From the NCBI GenBank assembly GCA_964396055.1, contig CAYNDV010000005.1, forward strand, positions 772-64,771: a stretch of 64,000 bases of DNA. The letters are read 5' to 3'. The DNA is from an uncultured Vicinamibacterales bacterium. Its GTDB lineage: Bacteria; Acidobacteriota; Vicinamibacteria; Vicinamibacterales; JAKQTR01. Positions within the stretch are counted from its first letter, which is position 1. The number at the start of each line of letters is the position of its first letter. This document shows positions 16,150 through 25,142 of this stretch, piece by piece. The notes below the pieces were generated by a model that had not been told where the DNA came from, did not search any database, and worked only from the letters and a program-made list of their open reading frames with translations. Position numbers and translations under genes: made by a program.

Positions 16150-17166
16150 ATGACTGCACAGCGCATGTTCTCGACACACCGCAACCAGCGCCCACTCTGC
16201 TCCGGGCCGCTCCTGATCGGGGCGGCCGCCCTCGTCGCCGTCGTGGCGGCGGGCGGCAGCGCCCTCGGGCTGGCACAACAAGCGCCTGAGTCGGGGGCCG
16301 AGCGGGCCGTGAAGGCCTTGCTCGCCCCCGAGTCGTGGCTCACCGACGTGGCCGCCCGGGACGGCGGTCTCGTCGCCGTGGGCGAGCGCGGCCATATCCT
16401 CCGCTCCACCGACGGCGGACAGACGTGGACGCAGTCCGACGTGGAGACCCGCGCGCTGCTGACGGGCGTGGCGATGCGGGGCCAGCTGGGCTGGGCTGTC
16501 GGCCACGACGAAGTGGTGGTCCGGACGCGCGATGGCGGTGCCACGTGGCAGCGCGTGCACAACGCGCCGGAGCGGGAGCAGCCGTTGCTCGACGTCTGGT
16601 TCGCGGACGATCGGCGCGGGCTCGCCGTCGGCGCCTATGGCACGCTCGTCGCCACCGCCGACGGCGGGGACACCTGGGACTCCCGGACGATCCACGAAGA
16701 CGACGACTACCACCTCAACCAGATCGCGGCCGCCGCCGACGGCACGTTGTTCGTCGCGGGGGAAGCGGGCCACCTGTATCGCTCCACGGATGCGGGCGCC
16801 ACCTGGCAGCCGCTCCCCTCGCCCTACGAGGGATCGTTCTTCGGGCTGCTGCCCCGCCGCGACGGCTCGCTGCTGGCCTTCGGCCTGCGCGGCCATCTCT
16901 ACCGATCCGCCGACCGGGGCGAGACGTGGACGGTGATCGAGACCGGCACGGTCGAGACGCTGACCTGCGCCCTGGAACTCGGCAACGGGCGATTCGTGGT
17001 CGGGGGCATGGCGGGCACGCTGCTGTGGAGCGATGCCGCCGGCACCGGCGTCACGCTGCAGGAACTGCCCGACCGCAAGGCCATCGTCGCGCTCGCCCCG
17101 GGGGCGGACGGCACGGTGACGATGGTGGGCGAAGGCGGGGCGCGGCGCGCCCGAATCCCCCAGTAG
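16150..17166 (+). CDS. YCF48-like / BNR-repeat beta-propeller protein
   Basis: Repeated VGxxGxILxSxDGGxTW units ([40 protein letters not shown]). Confidence 0.85.
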   Translation: MTAQRMFSTHRNQRPLCSGPLLIGAAALVAVVAAGGSALGLAQQAPESGAERAVKALLAPESWLTDVAARDGGLVAVGERGHILRSTDGGQTWTQSDVETRALLTGVAMRGQLGWAVGHDEVVVRTRDGGATWQRVHNAPEREQPLLDVWFADDRRGLAVGAYGTLVATADGGDTWDSRTIHEDDDYHLNQIAAAADGTLFVAGEAGHLYRSTDAGATWQPLPSPYEGSFFGLLPRRDGSLLAFGLRGHLYRSADRGETWTVIETGTVETLTCALELGNGRFVVGGMAGTLLWSDAAGTGVTLQELPDRKAIVALAPGADGTVTMVGEGGARRARIPQ

Positions 17167-17178
17167 GCAGGTCGAAGC

Positions 17179-19524
17179 ATGTCGAAGCTCAACGTCGCGG
17201 GGCGTCTGGAACACCTGATCTTCACCCATCGCCTGGCGGTCATCGTCCTGTTCGTGCTGGCGACGGTCGGGTTCGTCTGGGCGGCCACCGGGCTGCACAT
17301 CGACGCGGGGTACACCAAGCAGCTGCCGCTCAAGCACCCGTACATGGCCACGTTCGTGAAGCACCAGCAGGAGTTCGGCGGCGCGAACCGGCTGCTGGTG
17401 GCGGTGGTGGCCCGCGACGGGAACATGTTCACGCCCGCGTTCTTCGACGCCCTGAAGCGGGCCACCGACGAGGTGTTCTTCCTGCCGGGCGTGGACCGGG
17501 CGAAGGTGCAGTCCCTCTTCACGCCGAACGTCCGGTTCACCGAGGTGGTGGAGGACGGCATCGCCGCGGGCAACGTGATTCCGGACGACTTCGAGCCGAC
17601 GCCCGAGGGCCTGGCGGCCGTGCGCCGCAACATCCTCAAGGCGAACATCGTCGGCCGCCTCGTGGCCAACGACTTTTCGGGGGCCATCATCTCGGCGGAA
17701 CTGCTGGAGTTCGACCCGCAGACAGGCGCCAGGCTCGACTTCATCGCGGTCGCGAACGAGATCGAAACGCGGGTGCGCGACAAGTTCGACGCCGACGTTG
17801 TGCCGGGATCGCCGGTGGACGTCCACATCATCGGCTTCGCGAAGGTCATGGGGGACATGGCCGCGGGCGTCCAGCGGGTGCTGCTGTTCTTCGTGGGCAG
17901 CTTCTTCCTGACCGGCGCCCTGGTGTACCTCTACGCGCAGTCGCACCGCCTGGCCGCCCTGGTGGTCGTCGGCGCGGTGACCGCGGTGATCTGGCAGCTC
18001 GGGGTGATCAACCTGCTGGGCTACGGCATCGACCCGATGTCGATCCTGGTGCCGTTCCTGGTGTTCGCCATCGCCGTGAGTCACGGCATGCAGATGGTGA
18101 GTTCGTTCGGATCGGACGTCTTCGACGGGGCCGACGCCATGACGGCGGCCCGGCTGAGCTTCCGCCGCCTGCTGGTGCCGGGCATGGCCGCCCTCGTGAC
18201 GGACGTGGTCGGCTTCGTGACGATTCTCTTCATCGAGATCCGCGTCATCCAGGAGATCGCCATCGCGGCCGGCATCGGCGTGGCCGCCATCATCCTGACG
18301 AATCTCGTCCTGATGCCGGCGGCGCTGTCGTACGTGCACTTCGAGAAGGACTACCCCGAGAAGCTGCACCGCCGGGCGCGCCACATGGAGCCGCTGTGGC
18401 GCCGCTTCGCGCTGCTGACCCGTGGCGTGCCGGCCGCGATCATCATCGGGGTGGCCGTCCTGCTGGGCGCCTGGGGCGCGTGGAAAGGCGGCCAGGTGCA
18501 GATCGGCGACATGCACCGGGGCGTGCCCGAACTGCGGGCGACGTCGCGCTACAACGTCGACACGGCCGTGGTCACGTCGAAGTTCTCGATCGGCGTGGAC
18601 ATCCTGAACGTCATCGTCGAGACCAAGCCGCAGGGGTGCGTGGACTACGGCGTGATGCGCACGATCGACGACTTCTCCTGGCGGCTGGTGAACCTGCCGG
18701 GGGTGCAGTCGGCCATGGACCTGCCCGGCATCGCCAAGCAGCTGAACGCCGGCTGGAACGAGGGATCGCCCAAGTGGCGGGTGCTGGCGCGCAACACGTC
18801 GGTGCTGACCCAGTCGGTGACCTACGTGCCGACGTCGAGCGGCCTGCTGAACGCGGATTGCAGCGTGATGCCCGTGATGCTGTTCACGCGCGATCACAAG
18901 GCGCAGACGATCCGGGAGATCGTCGACGAAGTGAAGCGGTTCGAGGCCGGGCACGGCCACCCGGACGTGTCGTTCAAGCTGGCCACGGGCAACGTGGGCG
19001 TGATGGCTGCCACCAACGAGGCGGTGGCCGCGGCCCAGTGGCCCATCATGCTGTTCGTGTTCGGCGCCGTGATTCTGCTCTGCCTGCTGTCGTACTGGTC
19101 GGTGCGGGCCACGATCTGCATCCTGGTGCCGCTCGGGCTCGTGTCGACGCTCTCCTACGCGCTGATGACCGTGCTGGAGATCGGGCTGAAGGTGAATACC
19201 CTGCCGGTGGCCGCGCTCGGCGTCGGCGTGGGCGTGGACTACGGCATCTACCTGTACAGCCGGTTCCGGACCTACTACAAGGCCGGCGACACCCTGCGCG
19301 AAGCCTACTTCAAGACGCTCGAGGTCACGGGCAACGGCGTGTTCTTCACGGGCCTCATTCTCGCGTTGGGCGTGGGCACCTGGATCTTCTCCCCGCTGAA
19401 ATTCCAGGCCGACATGGGCGTCCTCCTGGCGTTCCTGTTCCTGATGAACATGCTCGGGGCGCTGGTACTGCTGCCGGCGCTGGCCCGCTGGGTGCTGAAC
19501 AGCCGCAAGCGGCACCAGGCGTAG
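17179..19524 (+). CDS. RND/MMPL-family transporter
   Basis: 781 aa with two halves of multiple TM helices and large soluble loops; AVSHGMQM, GVGVDYGIY and FQADMG motifs. Confidence 0.88.
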   Translation: MSKLNVAGRLEHLIFTHRLAVIVLFVLATVGFVWAATGLHIDAGYTKQLPLKHPYMATFVKHQQEFGGANRLLVAVVARDGNMFTPAFFDALKRATDEVFFLPGVDRAKVQSLFTPNVRFTEVVEDGIAAGNVIPDDFEPTPEGLAAVRRNILKANIVGRLVANDFSGAIISAELLEFDPQTGARLDFIAVANEIETRVRDKFDADVVPGSPVDVHIIGFAKVMGDMAAGVQRVLLFFVGSFFLTGALVYLYAQSHRLAALVVVGAVTAVIWQLGVINLLGYGIDPMSILVPFLVFAIAVSHGMQMVSSFGSDVFDGADAMTAARLSFRRLLVPGMAALVTDVVGFVTILFIEIRVIQEIAIAAGIGVAAIILTNLVLMPAALSYVHFEKDYPEKLHRRARHMEPLWRRFALLTRGVPAAIIIGVAVLLGAWGAWKGGQVQIGDMHRGVPELRATSRYNVDTAVVTSKFSIGVDILNVIVETKPQGCVDYGVMRTIDDFSWRLVNLPGVQSAMDLPGIAKQLNAGWNEGSPKWRVLARNTSVLTQSVTYVPTSSGLLNADCSVMPVMLFTRDHKAQTIREIVDEVKRFEAGHGHPDVSFKLATGNVGVMAATNEAVAAAQWPIMLFVFGAVILLCLLSYWSVRATICILVPLGLVSTLSYALMTVLEIGLKVNTLPVAALGVGVGVDYGIYLYSRFRTYYKAGDTLREAYFKTLEVTGNGVFFTGLILALGVGTWIFSPLKFQADMGVLLAFLFLMNMLGALVLLPALARWVLNSRKRHQA

Positions 19525-19564
19525 GCGCCCGCACCGGTGGCGGGCCCGGGTGCATCGCGGGGTC

Positions 19565-19593
19565 TTGCCAAAACATAGGAATATTCTTATATT
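19565..19593 (+). promoter_or_regulatory. Sigma-70 promoter TTGCCA-N17-TATATT with overlapping 16-bp palindromic operator
   Basis: Operator ATAGGAAT|ATTCTTAT at 19575-19590 (7/8 symmetric) in an AT-rich patch; GTG start 7 nt after the -10. Confidence 0.75.
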
Positions 19594-19600
19594 CAATGGC

Positions 19601-19939
19601 GTGACGTCATCTGAGCTGCCCGTGGTCAAGGCCGAGCTGTTCCAGGCCCTCGCACACCCCACCCGAATCCGGATCCTCGAACTGCTCGTCGGCGGCGAAC
19701 GCGCCGTGCAGGATATCCAGTCCGCCCTCGGCCTGACCCAGCCCGTCGCCTCCCAGCACCTCGCCGTCCTCCGCGCCCGCCTCGTCGTGACCGTCCGCCG
19801 CGAGGGCACGGCCTCCTACTACGACTTGCGCAGCCCCCGCATCGCCGACCTGCTCGCCGCCGCGCGCGCCTTCCTGAACCAGCGCTTCGCCGCCGACCAG
19901 ACCATCCTGCGCGAACTCCGGCGCGAAGCCCGGCGCTGA
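19601..19939 (+). CDS. ArsR/SmtB-family repressor, Rv0081-like
   Basis: KAELFQALAHPTRIRILELL...SQHLAVLR...RREG winged HTH. By recall it closely resembles M. tuberculosis Rv0081 (KAEFFKTLAHPARIRILELL). No Cys. Confidence 0.85.
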   Translation: MTSSELPVVKAELFQALAHPTRIRILELLVGGERAVQDIQSALGLTQPVASQHLAVLRARLVVTVRREGTASYYDLRSPRIADLLAAARAFLNQRFAADQTILRELRREARR

Positions 19940-19951
19940 GGCGGCCCGCCC

Positions 19952-21994
19952 ATGGACACCGCCACCGTCGCCAGCGCCCTTCCGGCCGCCTTTGCCGTCC
20001 GGGCCGTCACCGTCGCCCTGACGCTCGCCGTCGCCCGCCGGCACCGCCTCGCGCGCGTCGTCGGATTCGGAGGGGCCGCCCTCGGATCGCTGGCCGTCGC
20101 CGGGATCGCGACGGCCGCCCTGGCCGGGCACCTCCAGCCGTCGCGCGTCCTCTGGAGCCACGCGGCGTCGGGCTTCGGCGTCTCCTTCGCCATCGACGGC
20201 CTGTCGGCCTGGTTCCTCCTCGTCCTGTCGACCCTCGCCGTCCCCGTCGCCGTCTACAGCATCGGCTACGCGGGGCACGGCACGCTGGCGCGGCGATCGC
20301 CGTTCTTCGCCGCCGCCTTCAACCTCCTGCTCCTGGCCGTCGAGGGTGTGTTCGTCGCCGACAATGCCGTCGCGTTCCTCCTGGCCTGGGAGGCGATGAC
20401 GCTCACCGCCACGGGCCTCGTGGCGACCGAGCACGACGGGCCGGGCGTTCCCCGCGCGGCATTCCTCTACCTCGTGATGTCGCACGTCGGCACGGGATGC
20501 CTCTTCGCGGCGTTCCTCACCCTGGGGGCCTCGGCGGGCAGCCTGGGGTTCGCCGACCTGCTCGCGGGCCACGGGGTGACCGGATCCACGCGGACGATGG
20601 TGTTCGTGCTCTTCCTCGCCGGATTCGGCGTGAAGGCCGGCATCGTGCCGCTGCACATCTGGCTGCCCGAGGCCCACCCTGCCGCCCCCAGCAGCATCTC
20701 GGCGCTGATGTCGGGCGTGCTGATCAAGACCGGTGTGTACGGGCTCGTCCGCTTCGCCGCCTTCGGGCTCGGCCCGCCGACGCTCGCAGACGGCCTGACC
20801 ATCCTGGGCATCGGCGCGGTGTCGGCACTCCTGGGCGTGCTCTACGCCCTCATGCAGCACGATCTCAAGCGCCTGCTCGCGTACCACAGCATCGAGAACA
20901 TCGGCATCATCCTGCTCGGGCTCGGCGCCGGCATGATCGCCGTCAGCGCCGGCCGGGCGGACCTCGCCCTGATCGGCCTCGTCGCGAGTCTCTACCACGT
21001 CCTCAATCACGCCGTGTTCAAGGGCCTGCTGTTTCTCGGCGCCGGAGGCGTGGCGCACGCGACGGGCACCAGGCAGATCGAGCGCCTGGGCGGCCTCATC
21101 CCGCGGATGCCGTGGACCGCCGCGACGTTCCTCGTCGGGGCCCTCGCCATCTCGGGGCTGCCTCCGCTGAACGGGTTCGCGAGCGAGTGGCTGACCTTCC
21201 AGGCGCTCCTCTACGAGTTCCACGCGCTGCCGTCACCCCTGCTCCGCGTCCTGCTGCCCATCGCGGGCGCCGCGCTTGCCCTGACGGCCGCCCTGGCGGC
21301 GGCGTGCTTCGTCAAGGCGTTCGGCATCACGTTCCTGGCCCTGCCGAGGAGTCCGGAGGCGGCGGCGGCGACCGAAAGCCCCCTGATCATGCGGTGGCCG
21401 CAGGTCTTCCTCGCGGCGGCGTGCGTGGCGCTCGGGCTCTTCCCGGGGACCGTCGTCTCGACGCTGACGGTCGTCGTCGATCCGCTGCTGGGCGGGACTA
21501 CCGCCGTGGGCATCGGCCAGGGCGCGGTGGGCATGACCCCGGGTGCTCCCGCGTTCGACCAGGTGACTCCGCTGGCCGTGCTGGCGGCGCTGACGGGCGG
21601 GGCCGCGATCGCGTGGTGGTGGTCGGGCGTCCGCCGCCGCGCGGCGGCGCGCGTCGTCCCCACGTGGGGCTGCGGCGGCGTCCTGCAGGCCGAGTCGGAA
21701 TACACGGCCACCGCGTTTTCGAAGCCGCTGATGCTCATCTTCGCGGCGGTCTACCGGCCGACGCGCCAGGTGGATGCGCAGGCGAGGGGCTCGGTCTACT
21801 TCCCGCACGCCGTCCGGTACCACGCGCACATCGAGCCGACCTTCGAGCGGTTCCTGTACGAACCGATCACGCGGGCCGTGCTCGGAGTGGCCCAGCGGCT
21901 GAGGGTGCTGCAGGCGGGCAGCCTGCACGCCTATCTCGCCTACGTGATCCTCCTGGTGCTGTTTCTCGTGCTCCGGGTCTGGTGGAGCAGCTGA
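19952..21994 (+). CDS. hyfB: Hydrogenase-4 subunit B-like / Ehr antiporter-like subunit
   Basis: HIWLPEAHPAAPSSISALMSG, LKRLLAYHSIENIGII, GLPPLNGFASEW, TWGCG. Confidence 0.88.
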   Translation: MDTATVASALPAAFAVRAVTVALTLAVARRHRLARVVGFGGAALGSLAVAGIATAALAGHLQPSRVLWSHAASGFGVSFAIDGLSAWFLLVLSTLAVPVAVYSIGYAGHGTLARRSPFFAAAFNLLLLAVEGVFVADNAVAFLLAWEAMTLTATGLVATEHDGPGVPRAAFLYLVMSHVGTGCLFAAFLTLGASAGSLGFADLLAGHGVTGSTRTMVFVLFLAGFGVKAGIVPLHIWLPEAHPAAPSSISALMSGVLIKTGVYGLVRFAAFGLGPPTLADGLTILGIGAVSALLGVLYALMQHDLKRLLAYHSIENIGIILLGLGAGMIAVSAGRADLALIGLVASLYHVLNHAVFKGLLFLGAGGVAHATGTRQIERLGGLIPRMPWTAATFLVGALAISGLPPLNGFASEWLTFQALLYEFHALPSPLLRVLLPIAGAALALTAALAAACFVKAFGITFLALPRSPEAAAATESPLIMRWPQVFLAAACVALGLFPGTVVSTLTVVVDPLLGGTTAVGIGQGAVGMTPGAPAFDQVTPLAVLAALTGGAAIAWWWSGVRRRAAARVVPTWGCGGVLQAESEYTATAFSKPLMLIFAAVYRPTRQVDAQARGSVYFPHAVRYHAHIEPTFERFLYEPITRAVLGVAQRLRVLQAGSLHAYLAYVILLVLFLVLRVWWSS

Positions 21995-22014
21995 CATGGG
22001 GTGCTCCGGGAGCG

Positions 22015-22998
22015 ATGCCGATGTGGGCTGACACGATCTCTCTGGCGCCGACGGTGGCCGACGCGGCGCGTGCGGCGGGGTATGCGGCACTGCAGGCCGC
22101 CGGTCTGCTGGCCGTGGCGCCGCTCGTGCGTGGCGCCATCGTCAAGATGAAGGCGCGGCTGCAGAACCGGCAGGGCCCGCCCCTCCTCCAGGGCTACCGC
22201 GATCTCGCCAAGCGCCTGCGGAAGGAGCCCGTGCGATCGGCGACCGCGTCGTGGGTGTACGCCGCCGGCCCGATCGCGTACTTCGCGTCGGCCGTGGCCG
22301 CCACGGCGTTCGTGCCCGTGCTGTTCGCCTCGGCCCCGCTGCAGCACGCAGGCGGCGTCCTCGTCCTGGTCGGCGTGCTGGGGCTGGGCCGGTTCCTCCT
22401 CGCGGCCGCCGCGCTCGATACCGGCAGTCCCTTCGGCGGGATGGGATCGAGCCGCGAGATGACGATTGCCGCCATCACCGAGCCCGCGCTGCTGCTGGGC
22501 CTGTTCACGGCTGCGCTCGCGGCCGGATCGCTCAACCTGGGCGAACTGGTGCGCACGCTGCTCGCCAGGGGCATCGCCTACCACCCCAGCGACCTCCTGG
22601 CGCTCGCCGGCCTGTTCGTCGTCCTCATCGCCGAAACGGGCCGCGTGCCCGTCGACAACCCGGCGACGCACCTCGAGTTGACGATGATCCACGAAGCGAT
22701 GGTGCTCGAATACGCCGGCCCGGACCTCGCGCTGATCGAATGGGCTTCGGCGCTCAAGGAAGTCCTGTTCATGACGCTGCTGATCGACCTGTTCGCGCCG
22801 ATCGGGATCGCCACGTCGGCCGCGCCGGGGGCGATCGCCGTCTCGGTTGCCGCGTGGGGCGCCAAGGTTGTGATCGTGGCGGCGGCGATCACCGTCGTCG
22901 AGAGCACCAACGCCAAACTGCGGCTCTTCCGCGTGCCCGAACTGGCGGCGGTGTCCCTGGGGCTGGGATTCCTGGCCCTGACGTTCCGGTTCTTCTGA
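22015..22998 (+). CDS. hyfC: HyfC/HycD (NuoH-like) membrane subunit
   Basis: RLQNRQGPP, DTGSPFGGMGSSRE, AETGRVPVDNPATHLELTMIHEAMVLEY; start at ATG 22015. Confidence 0.88.
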   Translation: MPMWADTISLAPTVADAARAAGYAALQAAGLLAVAPLVRGAIVKMKARLQNRQGPPLLQGYRDLAKRLRKEPVRSATASWVYAAGPIAYFASAVAATAFVPVLFASAPLQHAGGVLVLVGVLGLGRFLLAAAALDTGSPFGGMGSSREMTIAAITEPALLLGLFTAALAAGSLNLGELVRTLLARGIAYHPSDLLALAGLFVVLIAETGRVPVDNPATHLELTMIHEAMVLEYAGPDLALIEWASALKEVLFMTLLIDLFAPIGIATSAAPGAIAVSVAAWGAKVVIVAAAITVVESTNAKLRLFRVPELAAVSLGLGFLALTFRFF

Positions 22999-23005
22999 GG
23001 CCGAG

Positions 23006-23653
23006 ATGGCGCACAACATCCTGGTGCTCTGCGCGGCGGGCATGCTCGTCAGCGCGTTCCTGATGGTCGGACAGCGCGCGCTGCTGACCACGGTGAGGCT
23101 CTACGGCGCGCAATCCTGGCTGCTCGGCATCGTGGCCGTCACGATGGGGCTGGCGGAGCAGCGCCCGCAGCTGTACATCACGGCGGCCCTCACGATCGGG
23201 CTGAAAGGCGTCGCGATCCCGTGGTTCCTCGTCCGGGTGATCGACCGGATCGGCATCCGGCGCGAAATCGAGCCGTTCCTGAACGTGCCGGCGTCGCTGC
23301 TGATCTGCCTCGTCCTGACGGTCATCGGGTACCGGGTGAGTGGCGGGTTCCCGGACGGGTCCCACGCCGTCGGGCACCAGGTGATCGGCGTCAGCCTCTC
23401 GGTGCTGCTCATCGGCCTGTTCCTGATGGTGACGCGGAAGAAGGCCATCACCCAGATCATCGCCCTGCTGACCGTCGAGAACGCGATCTTCCTCATCGCC
23501 CTCGGCATCACCGCCGGCATGCCGCTGGTGGTGGAACTGGGCATTTCGTTCGACGTCATCCTCGCGGTCATGGTGCTCGGCGTCATGGTCTACCGGATCG
23601 TCGATCAGTTCGAGTCGATGGACGTGAGCCGGCTCTCGAAACTGAAAGGCTAG
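23006..23653 (+). CDS. hyfE: HyfE-like membrane subunit
   Basis: KAITQIIALLTVENAIF, MPLVVELGISFD; position in the operon. Confidence 0.85.
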   Translation: MAHNILVLCAAGMLVSAFLMVGQRALLTTVRLYGAQSWLLGIVAVTMGLAEQRPQLYITAALTIGLKGVAIPWFLVRVIDRIGIRREIEPFLNVPASLLICLVLTVIGYRVSGGFPDGSHAVGHQVIGVSLSVLLIGLFLMVTRKKAITQIIALLTVENAIFLIALGITAGMPLVVELGISFDVILAVMVLGVMVYRIVDQFESMDVSRLSKLKG

Positions 23654-23654
23654 C

Positions 23655-25142
23655 GTGAATCCCCTTCTCGCCACCCTGCTCGTGCCCCTCGTCACCGGCG
23701 CCCTCGGCGTGGCGGTCCGCCCCGGACGCGCGCGGGACGGCGTGCTGACCGGCGGGCTTGCGCTGACCTTTGTGGCGACCCTGGCACTGGCGCGCGACTT
23801 CCTCGGCGGCACGGTGCCGTCCGCGTTCGGCGGCGTCCTGCGCGTCGACGCGCTCTCGGCGCTCGTCGTCGTCCTGTGCGGGTTCGTGAGCCTGCTCGCG
23901 GGGGTGTACGCGGTGGGATACCTGCGCCGCAACGAAGCGCGGGGCCTCCTCACGCCGCGCATGAGCCGGGAGTTCTCGGGCCTCCTGCCGGCCTACGTGT
24001 TCGCGCTGCTGTTTGTGGCCGTCTCGAACAACCTCGGCCTGATGTGGATTGCCGTCGAATTGACGACGCTCACCTCGGTCTTCCTCGTGGGGATGCACAA
24101 CCGCGACACGTCCATCGAGGCGGCCTGGAAGTTCCTGATGCTGGGCAGTCTGGGCCTCGGGTTCGCGCTGCTGGGCACGATCCTCATCTTCGCCGCCGGC
24201 CAGGGCCGCCTCGACGAGACGATCGGGTCGCTGAACTGGACGCGGCTCATCGAGGTGGCGCCGCACCTGCACCCGTTCACGGTGCAGCTCGGCGTCGTGT
24301 TCGCGCTCATCGGCTACGGCACGAAAGCCGGCCTGGCGCCCATGCACACGTGGAAACCCGATGCCTATCGCGAGGCGCCCTCGCCGGCGGGCGTGTTGAT
24401 GGCGGTCGGCATGCTCAACAGCGCCGTCTACAGCCTGCTGCGCATCCACACGATCTCGCGTGCCGCCATCGGCCCCGAGTTCTCGAGCGGGCTGCTCCTG
24501 GCCCTCGGTCTGCTGTCGGTGATCGTGGCCGTCCCGTTCGTCCTGCTGCAGTGGAACCTCAAGCGGCTGCTCGCCTATTCCAGCGTCGAGCATGCGGGCA
24601 TCATCGCCATCGGCGTCGGCCTGGGTTCGCGCGCGGCGGCGTTCGGCGCCGTGCTGCACCTGACGTATCACGCCCTGGCGAAGCCCCTCGTCTTCTTCGC
24701 GGCCGGCACCGTGGCCCAGCTGCACCGGTCGTCGGACCTGAAGGCGATTGGCACCGGGACGCTCGGCCGGACCCCGGTGGCCAGCGGCCTCCTCGTCCTC
24801 GCGATCGTCATCATCACCGGGTCGCCGCCCTTCGGGCTCTTCTTCAGCGAGATGACGATCCTGCGGGCGGGGTATGTCGCCGACCACGGCGTCGCCGCGA
24901 CGGTCCTGCTCGCCGCCCTGGTGGTGCTCTTCTGCGGGTTCTCGTACCAGGTCGGCCGCATCGCGCTCGGGCCGCAGGCCGAGGGCGGGCAGGCCGACGT
25001 GGAGCCCGAGTCCTTCGACTGGAGCCTGGCCGCCACCGTCATCGCGGCCGTCGTGGCGGTGGCGTCGGCCTTCTACCTGCCCGGGCCGCTCGCGACTCTG
25101 GTGCACGGGGCCGCCGCGGTCGTCGCAGGAGGCGCACGATGA
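23655..25142 (+). CDS. hyfF: HyfF-like antiporter subunit
   Basis: IEAAWKF, GYGTKAGLAPMHTWKPDAYREAP, KRLLAYSSVEH, GSPPFGLF. Confidence 0.88.
   Translation: MNPLLATLLVPLVTGALGVAVRPGRARDGVLTGGLALTFVATLALARDFLGGTVPSAFGGVLRVDALSALVVVLCGFVSLLAGVYAVGYLRRNEARGLLTPRMSREFSGLLPAYVFALLFVAVSNNLGLMWIAVELTTLTSVFLVGMHNRDTSIEAAWKFLMLGSLGLGFALLGTILIFAAGQGRLDETIGSLNWTRLIEVAPHLHPFTVQLGVVFALIGYGTKAGLAPMHTWKPDAYREAPSPAGVLMAVGMLNSAVYSLLRIHTISRAAIGPEFSSGLLLALGLLSVIVAVPFVLLQWNLKRLLAYSSVEHAGIIAIGVGLGSRAAAFGAVLHLTYHALAKPLVFFAAGTVAQLHRSSDLKAIGTGTLGRTPVASGLLVLAIVIITGSPPFGLFFSEMTILRAGYVADHGVAATVLLAALVVLFCGFSYQVGRIALGPQAEGGQADVEPESFDWSLAATVIAAVVAVASAFYLPGPLATLVHGAAAVVAGGAR

Noticed and set aside
19530-19546. Hairpin after the RND stop as an intrinsic terminator
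   Set aside because: Short GC stem with no U-tract; not distinguishable from background.
16003-19809. Very long overlapping ORFs (1268 aa minus; 1089 aa plus at 16335-19604)
   Set aside because: Shadow frames of the YCF48 and RND genes; low-complexity translations.
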